From contig RQSC01000869.1 in NCBI GenBank assembly GCA_013416795.1, positions 1-64,000 on the forward strand: a DNA stretch of 64,000 nt, written 5' to 3'. The notes under the pieces were generated by a model. It did no database searches. It was not told the DNA's origin and saw only the letters and a list, made by a program, of their open reading frames with translations. Positions 1 to 12,713 of the stretch are shown here, one piece after another (positions within the stretch are counted from its first letter, which is position 1; the number at the start of each line of letters is the position of its first letter). The stretch is from Prasinococcaceae sp. CCMP 1430. Its lineage: Eukaryota > Plantae > Prasinodermophyta. Made by a program: the position numbers and the translations under genes.

Positions 1-1214
1 CGACGCATCGGGCGCGACGTCGGCCGGCCGCGCGCGCGCGCGCGCGCTGTGCACACCAAGGAAGGAAGGCGCCGTCGAATGCAAAGGGGCGCCGGCGCCT
101 CGTAACGCGGACGGACGAATCGAACGCGACCACTGCCCTCCTTACCCACCCCACTCCGCCTTACCCCCCCCAACACCTCCCTCCTCCCGCCGCGCGAGGG
201 CGGCGGCGGCGCGGGGCGAGGGGGGTGGGGCGGCGCGCGGAGGTGGGGGAGCTCAAGGTTCTCTACGGCATGGAGGGCGTCAATCCCGAGGACGACTCGG
301 AGCCCGTTCGCGCGGCTGGGGATGTGGTTTGGTTTGGGGGGTGGCGAGGCGGGGGCCGTTGGGCGGGCACGCATGGCACGCGCTCCCTCCTCCCCCTAAC
401 CACCCCCCCGCGGCGCGAGGGCGCTGTGCGCCGCGTTCGAGCGCGCAGCCGGAGCGCGACGCGCCGGCTGCGGCGCCGGCTGGGCCGGGCGGGCCAGATT
501 TCAGTGCCAAGGGCCGCTCGGGAGCGGACGTGGCGGCGTTCTCGAGGAATGGGAGGGCGCACAGAGTAGCGCGACGTCGGGCAAACTTTGCGATCCGGAA
601 CGCCACGTGTGTGGCAGCGCGTGCGCGGCTGGCGTGAGAAGAAGCTGCGACACGCAGACACTCCTGCCGGTCGCGCACGAGCGAGGGGAGGTAGTAGGGG
701 TATGTGTGAGTGCGTGCGTGGGGGGATGGGGAGTGGGGGGCGCTGCAGACTTGCATGCCAGCATGCGGGCGTGTGTCACATCGCGCGAGCGCCGATCGTG
801 GAGCACCTGCTGGGGGCAAGGGTGCATCGCTGCAATGGTGCCGTGAGCGACCGAGAGTCTGGTGTGGCGCGGGGTGGTGCACACACGCGCCGGTTGCAGC
901 GCGCTGGTGTGCCACTCCGCGCGCCTCTTGCGCGCGCGCGGAGCGAGGGCGGGCAAGTGACAGCGAGCTCGCGGCTTGCCGCGCCTGCCAAGCCGGTGTC
1001 GCGCAGCACATCGCCACTCGTCCATTGCTGCTCGCGGCTGCACTGGTGGCGAGCGTGCGCGCGCCGCTTTGGTGAGGGGAGAGAGTGTGTGCTGCGCGTT
1101 GCAGCACGCACGCCCGGGCGCAGGGAGCGCGAGCACGAGCGCCAGCGCGCGGGCGAGGACGAAGGCGCTCGCCTTCGTGCTCTAGAGGCAGGAGGGGCGG
1201 GGGGTGGCGGCGGC

Positions 1215-3804
1215 ATGAACGCCGGGATCGGCCGTGGCGGACCTGCCACCACCGACGCGACAGCACGCGCTGCGGAGCTCATAGGACGCGGCGGCGCGCA
1301 GCAGCGGCAGGAGCAGCAGCCGCGATGCGATCCATCCGCGGAGAAGACGCTGCAGCAGCTGCAGCACCCGTCGGCGCGCTGCGAAAGCGCCGACGTGAGC
1401 GCCGAAGACGCCCCCGCAATCGCTGCCGACGGAGCGGTTGACGACGTCCTTTGGGGGCTGTTCCACGAGGTGGGGGGATGGGGGGTTGATGACAAAGCAC
1501 ACGCGCACCTCCCGCACTCGTCCATGTCGATGACCATGCTACCGAGCCCAACGTCTGCCGAGGTCGCCGCGGTCGAGGAAAATGAGGCCAGGCTCGCGGG
1601 CGCGGCGCACTATCGGAGCGCGCGCGCGCACGCAAACGCGCGGGGAGCGGGGAGCGGCAGCACGGACGGAACAAGTGCGGCTGAATCCATGCGACGGGTG
1701 GCGTTCTCAATGCCGCCGGTGACGCCTTCCAGCGAAGCCCTCGAAGCGATGGGCGCGGGCCAGCGGCGCAACCATGGCCAGCAGTGGCACGTGACGCAGC
1801 AGGCCTCTCCCAGCGTCGCCGCCCAGCTCGTCGGCGCGCTTCCTACGCCCAACGCTCCCAACACCTCCCCGCAGTCGTTGCTCTCCCAATCAAAGTCCGC
1901 GGGCGCAATCCTGGCGTCCACGTCGCCCGAGAGCTCCCCCTCGAGCCGTCGCGCGCCGCCGGCGAAGAGTGTGAGCGCCCCGCGGCTGTCCTTGCCGCAC
2001 GCCCAGCTGCGAGAGGACGAGCATGCAACGGACGCAGGTGCGCGCGCCGTTGGGATACTACTCAGCGGTGAGCTCGCGCCACAGCACCGAGGCGGAAGAT
2101 TCAGCGCGGGCGCCGGCACCATCGAAGCAGTCGGCTCAAGCCCATCACCCATGTATTCCGGAGGTAACTCGGCGCAGGATGCGCATGCCTTCGATGGGCG
2201 AGTTCCACTGCGCAGCGTTGCATCGATGCCGGTCGAGCACTACGCAGGGCTGGACATACTCAGAGATCTCTTCGATGACGCCCACCAGGAGCACATCGGG
2301 GAAGGTGCGTAGTTTTCCCGTGGCGGGAATCGCGCGGCCGCGCAGACGCACGCACGATCAAGCTGCTGACCCGCCGCTTGACCCTCCCCACCCACACAAC
2401 AGGTCTGGCCTCACACCGTCAGCCCGACGCAAAGCGCGCGCGCATGCAACAGCCGCTGTCGCCACAGCCGCGACAGCGCCTCATCCGGTCGCAGTCGAGC
2501 CCGATCCATGCACAGCACGCGCAACAGCTGCGGCAGTACGCAACGTCGGTTGCCATCCTGGGCCTCGACGCACCCGCCGCGCCTGCAAGCGTACCACCCA
2601 CACCCTCTCGCGCCGGTGCACCAACCGGGGGACCTTCTGACGGCGTCGACCCCAAGGCGTTCTCGTCGGAGTGGCTCGCGGCGGTCGCACGCGGTGCGAG
2701 CGGCGGCGGCGACGAGTGTGTCCCGGATGGTGGCATGGACGTCTTCGACCCGTCGCTCGGCGCCGGTGCTGGCGGCGCGAGCGGCAGCGCTGCTGGTGGT
2801 GCTGGCGGCGGCGGCGTGAGCGACACGTGCAGGCCGGGTGCATATCAGATCGTGGATGACAGCGCGTGGAAGCCATCTGCTGGCGTAGAGGCCATCACGA
2901 CTCTGCTCAGGAACGCCGCGCGCGAGGCGCCTGAGTGCGTCAACCTGCGCAAGCCCCCGCCGCGCAGCGGCAAGGCGGCCTCCTCGCGCTACCGCGGCGT
3001 GACCTACCACACGCGCACGCGCCGATACGAGGCGCATATATGGTCCAACGCGAAGCAGCAGTACCTCGGAGGCTTTGATACGGACCGCGAGGCGGCCACC
3101 GCGTACGACTGCATGGCCATCAAATTGCGCGCTGATAAGGCGCAGACCAATTTCGCGCCAAAGGTGCGCCATGCCCACGCGCCAACGCAAGGGCTCGGAT
3201 ACTTGCGGGCGCTACCGCGCACCTGGAAGCATCTGTCTGACCCCTGATCACGCGCGCATGTGTTCACGCGCTGTTGCAGATCTACGACCCATATCGCGAG
3301 AGCCTGATTGACGCAGAGAAGGAGGAGCTGCTCATGACGCTGCGCCGCCAAAGCCGCGGCTTCTCGCGCGGATCGAGCCGCTTTCGCGGCGTCTCGCATC
3401 ACCCCAACGGAAAGTTCGAGGCGCGCATCGGGCACGCGTCAGGGCGGCGCTACGTATATCTCGGCCTCTTCGACACGGAGGAGGCTGCCGCGAGGGCGTA
3501 CGACCGCGCGTGCATAGCCTGCAAGGTACGACCGCGCATGCGCTGTTAGCCGCTCGCTCGCAGGTCCATCGTGCTCTCCCACGCGGGCATGAGCCCCGTT
3601 CGAAGAAGACTGTTGTCTCACATTGCTGACGCGTGCAAGCACCACCTCTAGGGTGCCACTGCCGCTACAAACTTCGACTCGCGCGAGTACGAGACCGACA
3701 TTCGCTCGCGCGACGCAGTGCTGCTCGAGCTGGCTCGGCAGGCCGCAAGCCCCGACGTCAATGGTGAAGTTGGAGGGATCTCACTCGCTGGGCCACCGCC
3801 ATGA
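1215..3804 (+). CDS. Double AP2-domain transcription factor (euAP2-like); exons 1215-2304, 2403-3163, 3280-3525, 3652-3804
   Basis: AP2 repeat 1 RYRGVTYHTRTRRYEAHIWSNAKQQYLGGFDT..AYD..TNF; linker EKEELLMTLRRQSRGFSRG; repeat 2 RFRGVSHHPNGKFEARIG..YVYLGLFDTEEAAARAYD..|GATAATNF. All three GT-AG introns restore frame. The true 5' end could lie upstream because the ORF is open from 588. Confidence 0.9.
2305..2402 (+). other. Representative spliceosomal intron (GTGCGT donor, GCTGAC branch motif at 2365-2370, CAG acceptor)
   Basis: Removal joins the two AP2 gene ORFs in frame. GTGCGY/GTACG donors and CTGAC motifs recur in the other introns (e.g. 3235, 3625, 38977, 48426). Confidence 0.85.
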
Positions 3805-4407
3805 GGGACAGCTAGGTGCGGTCTCCTGCTGTGTAAAGGCCAGGCCCGCCCGAGCGCCTTGGGCAGCTGGAGACCGACAACATTCAAGCCACAGAACCCG
3901 TACGTCACATACATCAAGCTCCACAGGGGCGCGCACTCGCGCCCAATACGCTCTTTTCTGCACAGCAGCCGAGCGGCTGCGCCCACCACGTCGCGCCCAC
4001 GCGGCAGCGATCGGCGCCTGACTGAGCGCCATTAGTAGCAAGCATTTTAAGGTGACGCACGCTTGACTTGACCCGTCGTCATGCACACCTGCGCCCCTCA
4101 CGCGGAGCGCGCGCCGCACCGCCCTGCGCGCCGCATGTGGCCGCGCCCGCCCCCCTCTCCCCCGCTCTTCTCCGTTCCCCTCTCATCTGTGCCCCGCCGC
4201 CCCATGCCCTGCCGCGGCCGCTGCTGCCGCCTCCCCGCCATCGCGCCTGCCCGCATGCGGGCGACTGGGCGCGCGCGCGCGCATGCGCTCTCCAGTTCAA
4301 ATCCTTGCCGGCGGGAACTGGCGCATGCCGCGTGCGATGCCTGCTGTTGCTGCCTGCTGTTGCTGCCACAGAGCGGAGCGCCGGCAGCGGGCGGCAGCGG
4401 CGGCGCG

Positions 4408-6297
4408 ATGGAGGTGGGCGCAACCGCGGTGCGCGCGCGGCTGAGCCGCGCGCGCGAGCGCGGCGCGCTCGACCTGAGCTCGCTGGGCCTGGAGGCGGTG
4501 CCGGGGGAGGCGTTCGACCTCGACGCGGCCGTGCCGCTGCGCGGCGACGCGGGCGACTGGTCGAAGCGCGACGAATCGCAGGCGTGGTGGGAGTGCGCCG
4601 ACGCGATCACGAAAGTGCAGCTCAGCAGGAATGCCATCGCGGAGCTCCCACCGCAGATTGGCGTCTACGAGGACTGCGAATGGCTCGACGTCAGCCACAA
4701 CCGCCTGCAAGCGCTGCCCAGCGAGCTCGGTGCGCTCCGTGCGCTGCGGCGGCTCGACGCGAACAACAACCGTCTCGTCACGTTGCCCTCGGCGTTCGCG
4801 CAGATGCCCCAGCTCGCGAGCGTGGACGTGTCACACAACGCGCTGCGCGAGCTCGACACGCTCGCTGCGTGCGCCTGCGCTCCGAACTCGCTTGCCGATG
4901 TCAAGTGTGGGCACAACCAAATCGACAGGCTACCGGGCGATCTGGCGAACTGCAAGCTGCGGCGACTCGAGGCGCCTGGCAACAGGCTCACGGAGATCGC
5001 TGAAACACTGCCGCCGACGCTCGAGTTCGTGGATCTTTCGTGCAACATGCTCCAGGAACTCCCCGAGGACATCGGCAGGTGCCAGCGCATCGAGTATCTC
5101 TCGGCCCACACAAATCGCATCGTGCGCCTGCCGCGGTCGCTCGGATTGCTGGACGCGCTCCGCGAACTCCACTTGCGTGGCAACAGCCTTACCGTGCTGC
5201 CGGATGAGCTCAGCATGTGCGACGGGCTCCGGATGCTCGACCTGAGCGACAACCTGCTCAACGAAGAGGCGCTCGCGCCCATCTGCGGCCTCAAGCTCGA
5301 GCGTCTGCTCCTCGAGAACAATCGGCTGAGGACATTGCCACCTGAGCTCGGCTTCATGCGCTCGCTGCAGGTGGTAACGCTGGCCGGCAACCCTCTCAAG
5401 ATGATTCCCCAGGCGACGGCCTCGGGGCCCGTCTCTGCGCTGCTGGAGCTGCTGCGCAAGCGCACGCCTGCGTGCGCGGGGGTGCCGAGCGACGGCGGCG
5501 CGCGCGCTGGGAGCGGCGTCGGCGACGGTAGCGCCACCGGGGACGGCGTTCACAAGTCGGAGCTATCGGACGCGCACACGGAGGGTCGCCTGTCGATCGC
5601 AGGCAGGCGGCTTGAACGCTTTCCTGCATCTGCCCTTGGCCTGGGCGAGCGCCTGAAGAGGTTGGACGCCTCAGGAAATTTCTTCGTGGACCTACTGGAT
5701 GGAGTCGGATGCTCGGAGGAGCACTGGGCGGGCCTCACGAGCTTGCGCGAGCTCGATTTCTCCGATTGCCAGCGGCTCAAGGGGCTGCCGACAAAGTTGA
5801 GTGCGCTGCCCACCCTCGAGACCCTCAGACTTCAGAGGTGTCGAGGCTTGCTCTCCCTCTCGCCTCCACTGCCGCTCATGGAAAGCTTGAGAGTCTTGGA
5901 CTTGAGCGGCGTCGGTCTGGGCGCGGGCAGTCTGCTTATGGATGCGGCGTTCGAGGACCTGCCGTCGCTCACGGAGCTTCGCATCGCGCAGAACTCGCTT
6001 ACCCGCCTTCCTGTGGGCCTGTCGCAGTGCATTGGACCACTTCAGATTCTTGACGTCTCGAACAACGCCCTCTCGGACGTTGGCCGCGATGCACTCCACA
6101 AGCTCGCGGACCTGACGATGCTTGACTTGGGCAACAACAATTTGAGAGGCGTGCCGGACGAGCTCGGCAGCATGCCAAAGCTTCGCCAGCTTGTGATCGG
6201 CGGCAACCCCTTTAAGCAACCGCCCCTGAGAGTGCTCGACAAGGGCACGGAGGCGACGAAAGCGTGGCTACGCAAGCGCGCGGGCGTCGAAGATTGA
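4408..6297 (+). CDS. LRRC40: Leucine-rich repeat protein, LRRC40-like
   Basis: Tandem LxxLxLxxNxLxxLP repeats; N-terminal WWECADAITKVQLSRN resembles LRRC40 WWEQTDLTKL; two GNP.K..P...G....LR cap motifs. Single exon. Confidence 0.8.
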   Translation: MEVGATAVRARLSRARERGALDLSSLGLEAVPGEAFDLDAAVPLRGDAGDWSKRDESQAWWECADAITKVQLSRNAIAELPPQIGVYEDCEWLDVSHNRLQALPSELGALRALRRLDANNNRLVTLPSAFAQMPQLASVDVSHNALRELDTLAACACAPNSLADVKCGHNQIDRLPGDLANCKLRRLEAPGNRLTEIAETLPPTLEFVDLSCNMLQELPEDIGRCQRIEYLSAHTNRIVRLPRSLGLLDALRELHLRGNSLTVLPDELSMCDGLRMLDLSDNLLNEEALAPICGLKLERLLLENNRLRTLPPELGFMRSLQVVTLAGNPLKMIPQATASGPVSALLELLRKRTPACAGVPSDGGARAGSGVGDGSATGDGVHKSELSDAHTEGRLSIAGRRLERFPASALGLGERLKRLDASGNFFVDLLDGVGCSEEHWAGLTSLRELDFSDCQRLKGLPTKLSALPTLETLRLQRCRGLLSLSPPLPLMESLRVLDLSGVGLGAGSLLMDAAFEDLPSLTELRIAQNSLTRLPVGLSQCIGPLQILDVSNNALSDVGRDALHKLADLTMLDLGNNNLRGVPDELGSMPKLRQLVIGGNPFKQPPLRVLDKGTEATKAWLRKRAGVED

Positions 6298-6340
6298 GGC
6301 GCACGCGCGAGAAGATGTAAAGTTTGTATGTACAATCTGT

Positions 6341-7570
6341 TCAGTTGGCGCCGAAGGGGTTCGTTCCCTCCGGCAAAGTGAAGCCGTAGTCCAACAGCAG
6401 CTGGGCATCGCTCGCTGGTCCGTAGCTAATGGTCACAGGCGTGCCTGCCTCCACTTTCTTTTGCGCCACCACGGCGACCACACCGCCGCTGCCCGTTGCG
6501 ATCGCGCAATTGGGGTCCGCAGAGTGATTGGCCAAGTCGAGCAGCGGCGCCATGAGGCCGCCCGACACCCGCACCGCGCGGCTGCTCACATAGCAGTACG
6601 CCGTCGCCAGGTCACGCGATTCGACGGGTCCACCGAAGAGGCGCACAGTCGCCTCGCCCTTCTGGGAGAGGCCGTTGGCGATGGCGCGCAGCACGACCAA
6701 CCGCTTGGTGGCCTGTCGGGAAGTAGAGCGCGCGCGTAGGGAGGTCAGCACACACACTCGCTCCTCGCGTGCCACTCGCTCCCTTCTTCTGCAAGCCTAC
6801 TACACCCGTGCACGCGTGCGTGTGCGCGACGGGCGTGGCACGCTCGGAATGCGGGCATACGTACCTCCTCAGCGCAGTGCGGGTACTTGTCCTTGATCGC
6901 GTCGAGCCTCGCTCCTGTCCAGAGGATCGGCAAATCCGGTACTTGCAGGGGCAGACTGTCGGCGTATACGCCCCAGTCGGCGCGCATTGCGCCGCCCTCG
7001 CGCTGGCTCGCGAGCAGCAGGCATGCCAGTCGGAAGTCCCACAGGTTCGGAGGCACCTCACCCGCAACCAGGGCCTGCAGCTCGCCCTGCTTGGCGCTCA
7101 GCACGTCGGCCTCCTGTTCTGCCCATCGCAGCTGCGTGCGCGGCGGCAGCAGCATGAGCGCCTCGTCGCGCTCGAGCGCGCGCGTGGCCACCAGCCCCAT
7201 GCCCGCCCCCGGGTCGGCGTAGAGGCTCACGCTGGGGTTGATCTTGGCCCCCCGCGCACGCATCCACGCCTCGAGGTTGGCTAGCCACGCGGCGTCGCCC
7301 GCGGCGCCCGCCCGCCGCGCGGCCTCCGCAGAGGCTGCCGTCGGCCGACCAGTGCGAGGCACGCGCCTCGGCGAGGCCCGCGGCGCTCGAGAGGATGGAG
7401 CGGCCGGGGACCGGCCGCGGAAGGTGCAGGGAAAGGGGGGCCGGGGATGACGCGGGGCACGGGGTGTGGCGCGCCCGCCTGCGCCCCGGCGGCTGGGGCC
7501 GCTGCCGACGCCGCCAGCTCAGCTGGGCAGAGATCAAAACCAACCTCATCCGACGCCCCATTTTGCGCAC
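6341..7570 (-). CDS. SET-domain protein lysine methyltransferase (Rubisco-LSMT/SETD3-like); intron 6864-6713; 5' end uncertain
   Basis: GMGLVATRAL (SET-N), PLLDLANHS (NH motif), VTISYG..SDAQLLLDYGF (YGF motif). The frame carrying the SET-N has an in-frame stop at 7521-7519 and no ATG, so the first exon or an indel is unresolved. Confidence 0.8.
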
Positions 7571-7723
7571 CTGACGCGATGCTATTTGACGTGTTTAATA
7601 AAACCTAATGAGCGAAACCTCAAATGTGTGTCGACGTCCGAGCGCGCCCGCTCGATCGAGCGCGAGCTCTCGGAGGGCGCTTTTTGAATCCGTCCGGCGC
7701 CTGCGGATGTACCTGGGCGCAAA

Positions 7724-10700
7724 ATGGATTCCATTGCGGAATCCTCATCCGTAAACTATGGTTGTTTGAATGCATCTTCGATATAGAATCCCATTCGCGG
7801 GCGCTTTTTGGAACCCCAATGCCGAGGGGCGCCGCCGGGCCTCTCCCCCGGCGGCGAGGTCAACCGGCGCTTGCGGAAAGAGCGCACCCGAGCGCGCGCG
7901 CGGGTGCCCGCGAGGGAGGGCGGAGGGGTGGTGGTGGGGGGAGCTGCCACAGCGCGGCGCAGCGCCTGCGGACGAGCCGGCGGCGGACGCGGCGGCGCCC
8001 GAGGCGCCGCACGCACACGTGACGCGCAAGGCGGCGGTACGGGCGCTCGCCGAGGCGGACGCGCTCGTGCTGGATGCCATGCGCGTCGCCAACGGCATCT
8101 CCGAGGACAAATTCCTCAACTCCCCCGAGTCGATCACAAAAATGGAGATGTTCCTCTTCAACCTGCCCCACATGCGCTTCCTGCATTTTTTCACCGCGCT
8201 CACCGAGGTGACCATCTGCCAGCAGGCCGTGCAGACGCTCGAGGGGCTGAGCGCCGCGACCCAGCTGGCGAAGCTCTGGGTTGTCGAGTGCCAGTTGGAG
8301 CGCATCGCGGGGCTCGACGCGTGCGTGCAGCTCAAGGAGCTCTACCTTTACAGCAACCACATACCCACCATCGAGAACCTCGGCTGCCTCGTGGGGCTCG
8401 AGAAGCTCTGGCTCGCGGACAACCAAATACGGCAGCTGGGCGGCTTGGAGTGCCTGACCAACCTACGCGAGCTGAATGTCGCCAAGAACCGTATCGAGCG
8501 CATCGGGAGCATGCTGCTGCCGCTGCGGCGGCTGGAGAGCCTCAACCTGGCGGGCAACGCGATCGGCTCTTTCAAGGAGATCAGCAGCCTCGTGCCGATG
8601 TCCAGCCTGTCTGCGTTGTGCTTCAGCGACCCGCACTGGGGCGACTGCCCGGTCGCGGGGCTGTGCAACTACCAGACGTACGTGCTCTTCACGCTCGGGC
8701 AGCTCAAGAGCCTCGACACGCTCTCGCTGGCGGACGAGACCAAGCAGCTGGCGCTGGCCACCTTCATGAAGAAAAAGATGTACTACAACATGCGCATTAA
8801 GACCGTCAGGCGAAACGCCAACAATGCGCTCCGCAGGGCGGCCGAGGGGCGTGACGTGCGCGTGCGGGCGGCGCAGCACTCGCTGGGGGCGCTCCTGCGT
8901 CAACTGCGCGATGTGGAGCGTGAGCTGAGGGAGGCCGCCGCACAGGCCGGCAATTGCGAGGATGCGCTGGACGACGATGTGCTCGAGCAGCTGCGCGCCA
9001 AGCGAAGCGCGCTCGCCAAGCATATCGACAAGATTTACAGCGATGGCCACGCCATGTCCGCGCACTTCGATAGGTGCCGCCGCCAAGTGTATAACCTGAC
9101 GGAGGTGTACGTGCGCAGGCTCCTCATGGAGCTCTCAACTGGCGGCAACATCCGCATGGAGGATGGCCGCCCGTCCGACCTCTGGTACTCGTCGTGCGTC
9201 GACCTCGTGAAGAGCCGCTTCTTCCCGTCCGACTACGATAAGTCTCTGCACATATCTGGGCTGCGGGTGACGCGCGTCAGGCGCATCCACTGCCGATACC
9301 TCCGCAACCGGTTCGAGGAACGCCTCGAGGCCGCTGTGGACACCTCCGACGCGGCATACAAGCGCTCGCTCGAGTACCTCTTCTACGGTGAGCAGCCCGG
9401 CATGCATGACGAGCTGCACTTCGTCATCGAGGAGGGCTTCCGCTCGGCCCAAGAGTACGCCGCGCAGGGTTCCAGTGCCAGCGGCGACGGCGACGCGGCG
9501 GTGGCGCTCTCGAACAGCCTGAGCCTTGCCGACAAGCCGCGCCTATCTTCCAAACTCGAGGCGCTCAAGGCCAAGGGCGCCTCGGGAGCGCGCAGTGCGC
9601 AAAGTGATGTCGAGCAGGCCATCGCCGAGGGGGAGTTGTGCCGCGGCAAGCTGCTGGTCACCAAAGTCTACTTGGGAAAGAGCGCTGAGGACCACGGCGA
9701 GGGTGGCGGCGTGTGCGCGAGCGCCTTCCCCGACTGCGACTCGGTGTACCGCGTGCAGTCCCCCGACCGCAAGCAGCGCAGCTGGCTCGTGTTCGACCAC
9801 GCGCTGGTGCTCCCGGAGTATCTCGTAGAGTTCAAGTACGAGCTACAGAAGAGTGTGCGGTTGCCCGTCGTGGGCGAAGTGGACGAGCACGCGAACGAGG
9901 TTGCGCTCGAAACGCTTGACGCAGAGACCAGGGGTCTGGCGCGGCCAGTGGCGCCGTACCTGGCGCTGCTGAACGCCGGCGCCAAGGATGGCGATGAGAC
10001 GGGCACGTTGGAGCCCTCGATCGACCCGTCGGCGATGACACTGCTGCGCATGCCGCCGAGTGTGGCTCGGCGCTCCGAGGAGGTGATGGTGATGACCGAC
10101 GACGTGCTGCTGCGCACGGGCGGCAAGCCCACGCTGGATGCCATCACGCACCTCGACCTGCACGGCAACGCGCTGCGCAAGATCGAGGGGCTCTCCAATT
10201 GCCCCGCGCTTCGCAGGCTTGTGCTCTCCTTCAACGAGATCAACTCCATGGCAGGGCTGTGCGATATGTCGCGCCTGGAGAGCGTCGACCTGTCGTACAA
10301 CCAGATCCAGCGGGTTGAGGGCCTTAGCGGCCTCCCCGCGCTCGTCACGCTCAAACTCAGTTCGAACCTCATCACGCGCCTCGAAGAAGTCAACGTGCTC
10401 AAGAAGTACGCGCCACAGCTACGCGAACTGTGCCTGCTCGGCAACGCCATCTGCGAGCACAAGTCGTACTACGGGCTCTTGCTGCGCCGTCTGCCCAAAC
10501 TGGAGCTTTTTGACCAGCGCCGCATCACAGCGGAGGATCATGCGCGTGCATCGGACAGCGGCGCCGCGCTCAGCCATGCGCTGGTGCGCGAGGGCGCCGT
10601 CATGCGCAGGCGTGCATTGTCGGAAATGGTGGTTGAGGCCGGCGCCGGCGCTCTCTTTGGCGCCGACGGATCGCCCGGCGGGGGTGATGCCGCCTGGCTC

Positions 10701-12713
10701 GCTTCCGTAGAGCAGCTGGTGCTGGAGCACCGCAGAATACGACGCATGCAGGCTCTCGATGGGCTGATCAACATGCGCCGCCTGTCCCTCTGCGACAACG
10801 ACATCACCGTCATTGAGGAGCTGCAAGACTGCACCCGCCTCGAGGAGCTCTCGCTGGAGGACAATCGCATCACGCAAATGTCTGGACTGTCGGCCTGCCT
10901 CAGTCTGAAAAGGCTCGACTTGGGCAGCAACTCTATCTCGAAGATCGAAAGCCTCGAGCACCTGACCGCACTCACGCAGCTGGGGCTCGAGAACAATCAA
11001 GTGAGCAGCCTTGAAGGCCTCCAGGGGTGCGTGTCGCTCATGGAGCTATACCTGGGCAACAACAGATTGGAAAAGCTGCGGCAGGTGCAGCTGCTCAAGT
11101 CACTGCCCAAGCTCATCATCCTTGACCTCAGCGACAACCCGCTCTGTGGCGAGCCAGACTATAGACATTACGTGGTGTACCACCTGAATAAGCTCAAGGT
11201 GCTCGATGGAATCGGGATCGACTCGGTCCAGACGAAAGCGGCCAGGTCGAAGTACGCGGGCAGGCTGACCTTCGACTTGCTGGAGGAGAAGCTGGGCACG
11301 CGCTCCTTCGAGGGGCTGCGCGAGCTCGACATCGTGGGCATGCGCCTGCGCAATCTTGGCACCGTTTTCTCCTCCGACACCCTCCATGCGCTGAAGGAGC
11401 TCAATCTGGACGGCAATTCGCTTTCCGATGTGAGTGCGCTGCGCGTCCTGCCGCACCTCAGCGTCCTGCGCCTCAACCGCAACAAGCTCGGCAGCAAGGA
11501 GCGCCCCCTCTTCGGCGGCGAGCCGTTGCGAGACGGCGGTCGCACGTTCGCAGAGGATATGAACGACGACCAACCGCCGCCTATTTGCAATTCGCTCAGC
11601 GTGCTACAGCTCGGCGGAAATCGCATCGCGCACGTCGGGGCGCTTGGCCTCGACCAATGTCAGAAGTTGCGCGTCCTCTTCCTCCAGGACAACGACATCC
11701 AGCGCGTGGAGGGTCTGGAGGCGCTCGTGGAGCTGCGCGAGCTCGTGCTTGACAGGAACAGGATCAAGTACCTAGATGCCGACGTGCTCGCCAAGCAGGA
11801 AGCGCTGCGTGAGCTGCGTTTAGAAGGGAACGGCCTGCGCTCGCTGGCCAATCTTGGCCCGCTGCCTGGGCTACACTCGCTGCACCTCAGCTTCAACCGC
11901 ATCTCGGACGTCGCCGAGCTCGAATGCCTCAGCGAGCTCAAGTCGCTGACCGAGCTCTCCGTGTCGAACAATCCCGTGTCACGCAAGCAGTTGTATCGCG
12001 CGACGGTGGTGCTCCGATGCGAGGTGCTGCGCCACCTGGACGGGAGGGAGATCACCACGGACGAGCGTGACCATGTCACAGCGCTCTTCCTCGCCGGTGC
12101 GGGGCCATTCTCCATATCCGGTGTGCGCGTGGACACGCCCCAGGACGAAGCAACGTCCGGCGGGACCACGCCCAAGGTTGCGCTCAAGGTCACCTCGATG
12201 AGCTTCGAGGCGCTCACGGGGCCCAGCGGAGGCGGCGCTCGTCTCGAAACGGGCGAGGTGAACGCGGGCGGTGGCTCCGGGGGAGGGGCGATGGCCGCAC
12301 TTGGTAACGCCGCTCGGGGCGTGGGGCCGCCGCCCGCGCAGCGAGGCGGGAGCGCCAGCAGTTCGGCATCTGGCCATGGACACCACACGCAGCAGTCGCT
12401 GTCGTACCAGCAGCAGCAGGAGCAGCAGCAGCAGCAGCTTGCGGCGATGCAGCAGCAGCAGCAGCAGCAACAGCAACAGCGGCACGCGCTTGCGCATAGT
12501 GTGCTCGGCACACGATCGGCGAACGTGAGCGCGAGCGAGGTATACGCGTCGCTGCAGTACAACATGCGTCGCAGCGGCCGAGAGGGCAGAGAGCTGGCGG
12601 CCTTGTACCTACAGCGCGGCGACTCCAAGCTTGGCGCTGTGCGCGCAGAGCGCGACGTCCTTCGGCGTGCGAACACGTTTCCCGACCGCAACAACCACCT
12701 CCACCAGCGCTAG
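7724..12713 (+). CDS. LRRC9: LRRC9-like ciliary leucine-rich-repeat protein with central ADP-ribosyltransferase-like region; exons 7724-7750 (putative), 7953-12713
   Basis: SDS22-like LRR blocks with LRRcap motifs (CNYQTYVLFTL, DYRHYVVYHL, LYRATVV); conserved MKKKMYYNMRIKT and IRMEDG..SDLWYSSCVDLVKSRF, plus LEYLFYG, as in LRRC9. The 27-nt exon 1 splices in phase 0. Confidence 0.82.
12408..12480 (+). repeat. CAG trinucleotide repeat encoding polyQ in the LRRC9 C-terminal tail
   Basis: cagcagcagcaggagcagcag... translated QQQQEQQQQQLAAMQQQQQQQQQQ. Confidence 0.9.

Noticed and set aside
225-1214. Possible upstream exon (MEGVNPEDDSEPVRAAG, ATG 270) of the AP2 gene
   Set aside because: No phase-compatible splice to the 588 frame was found; left unannotated.
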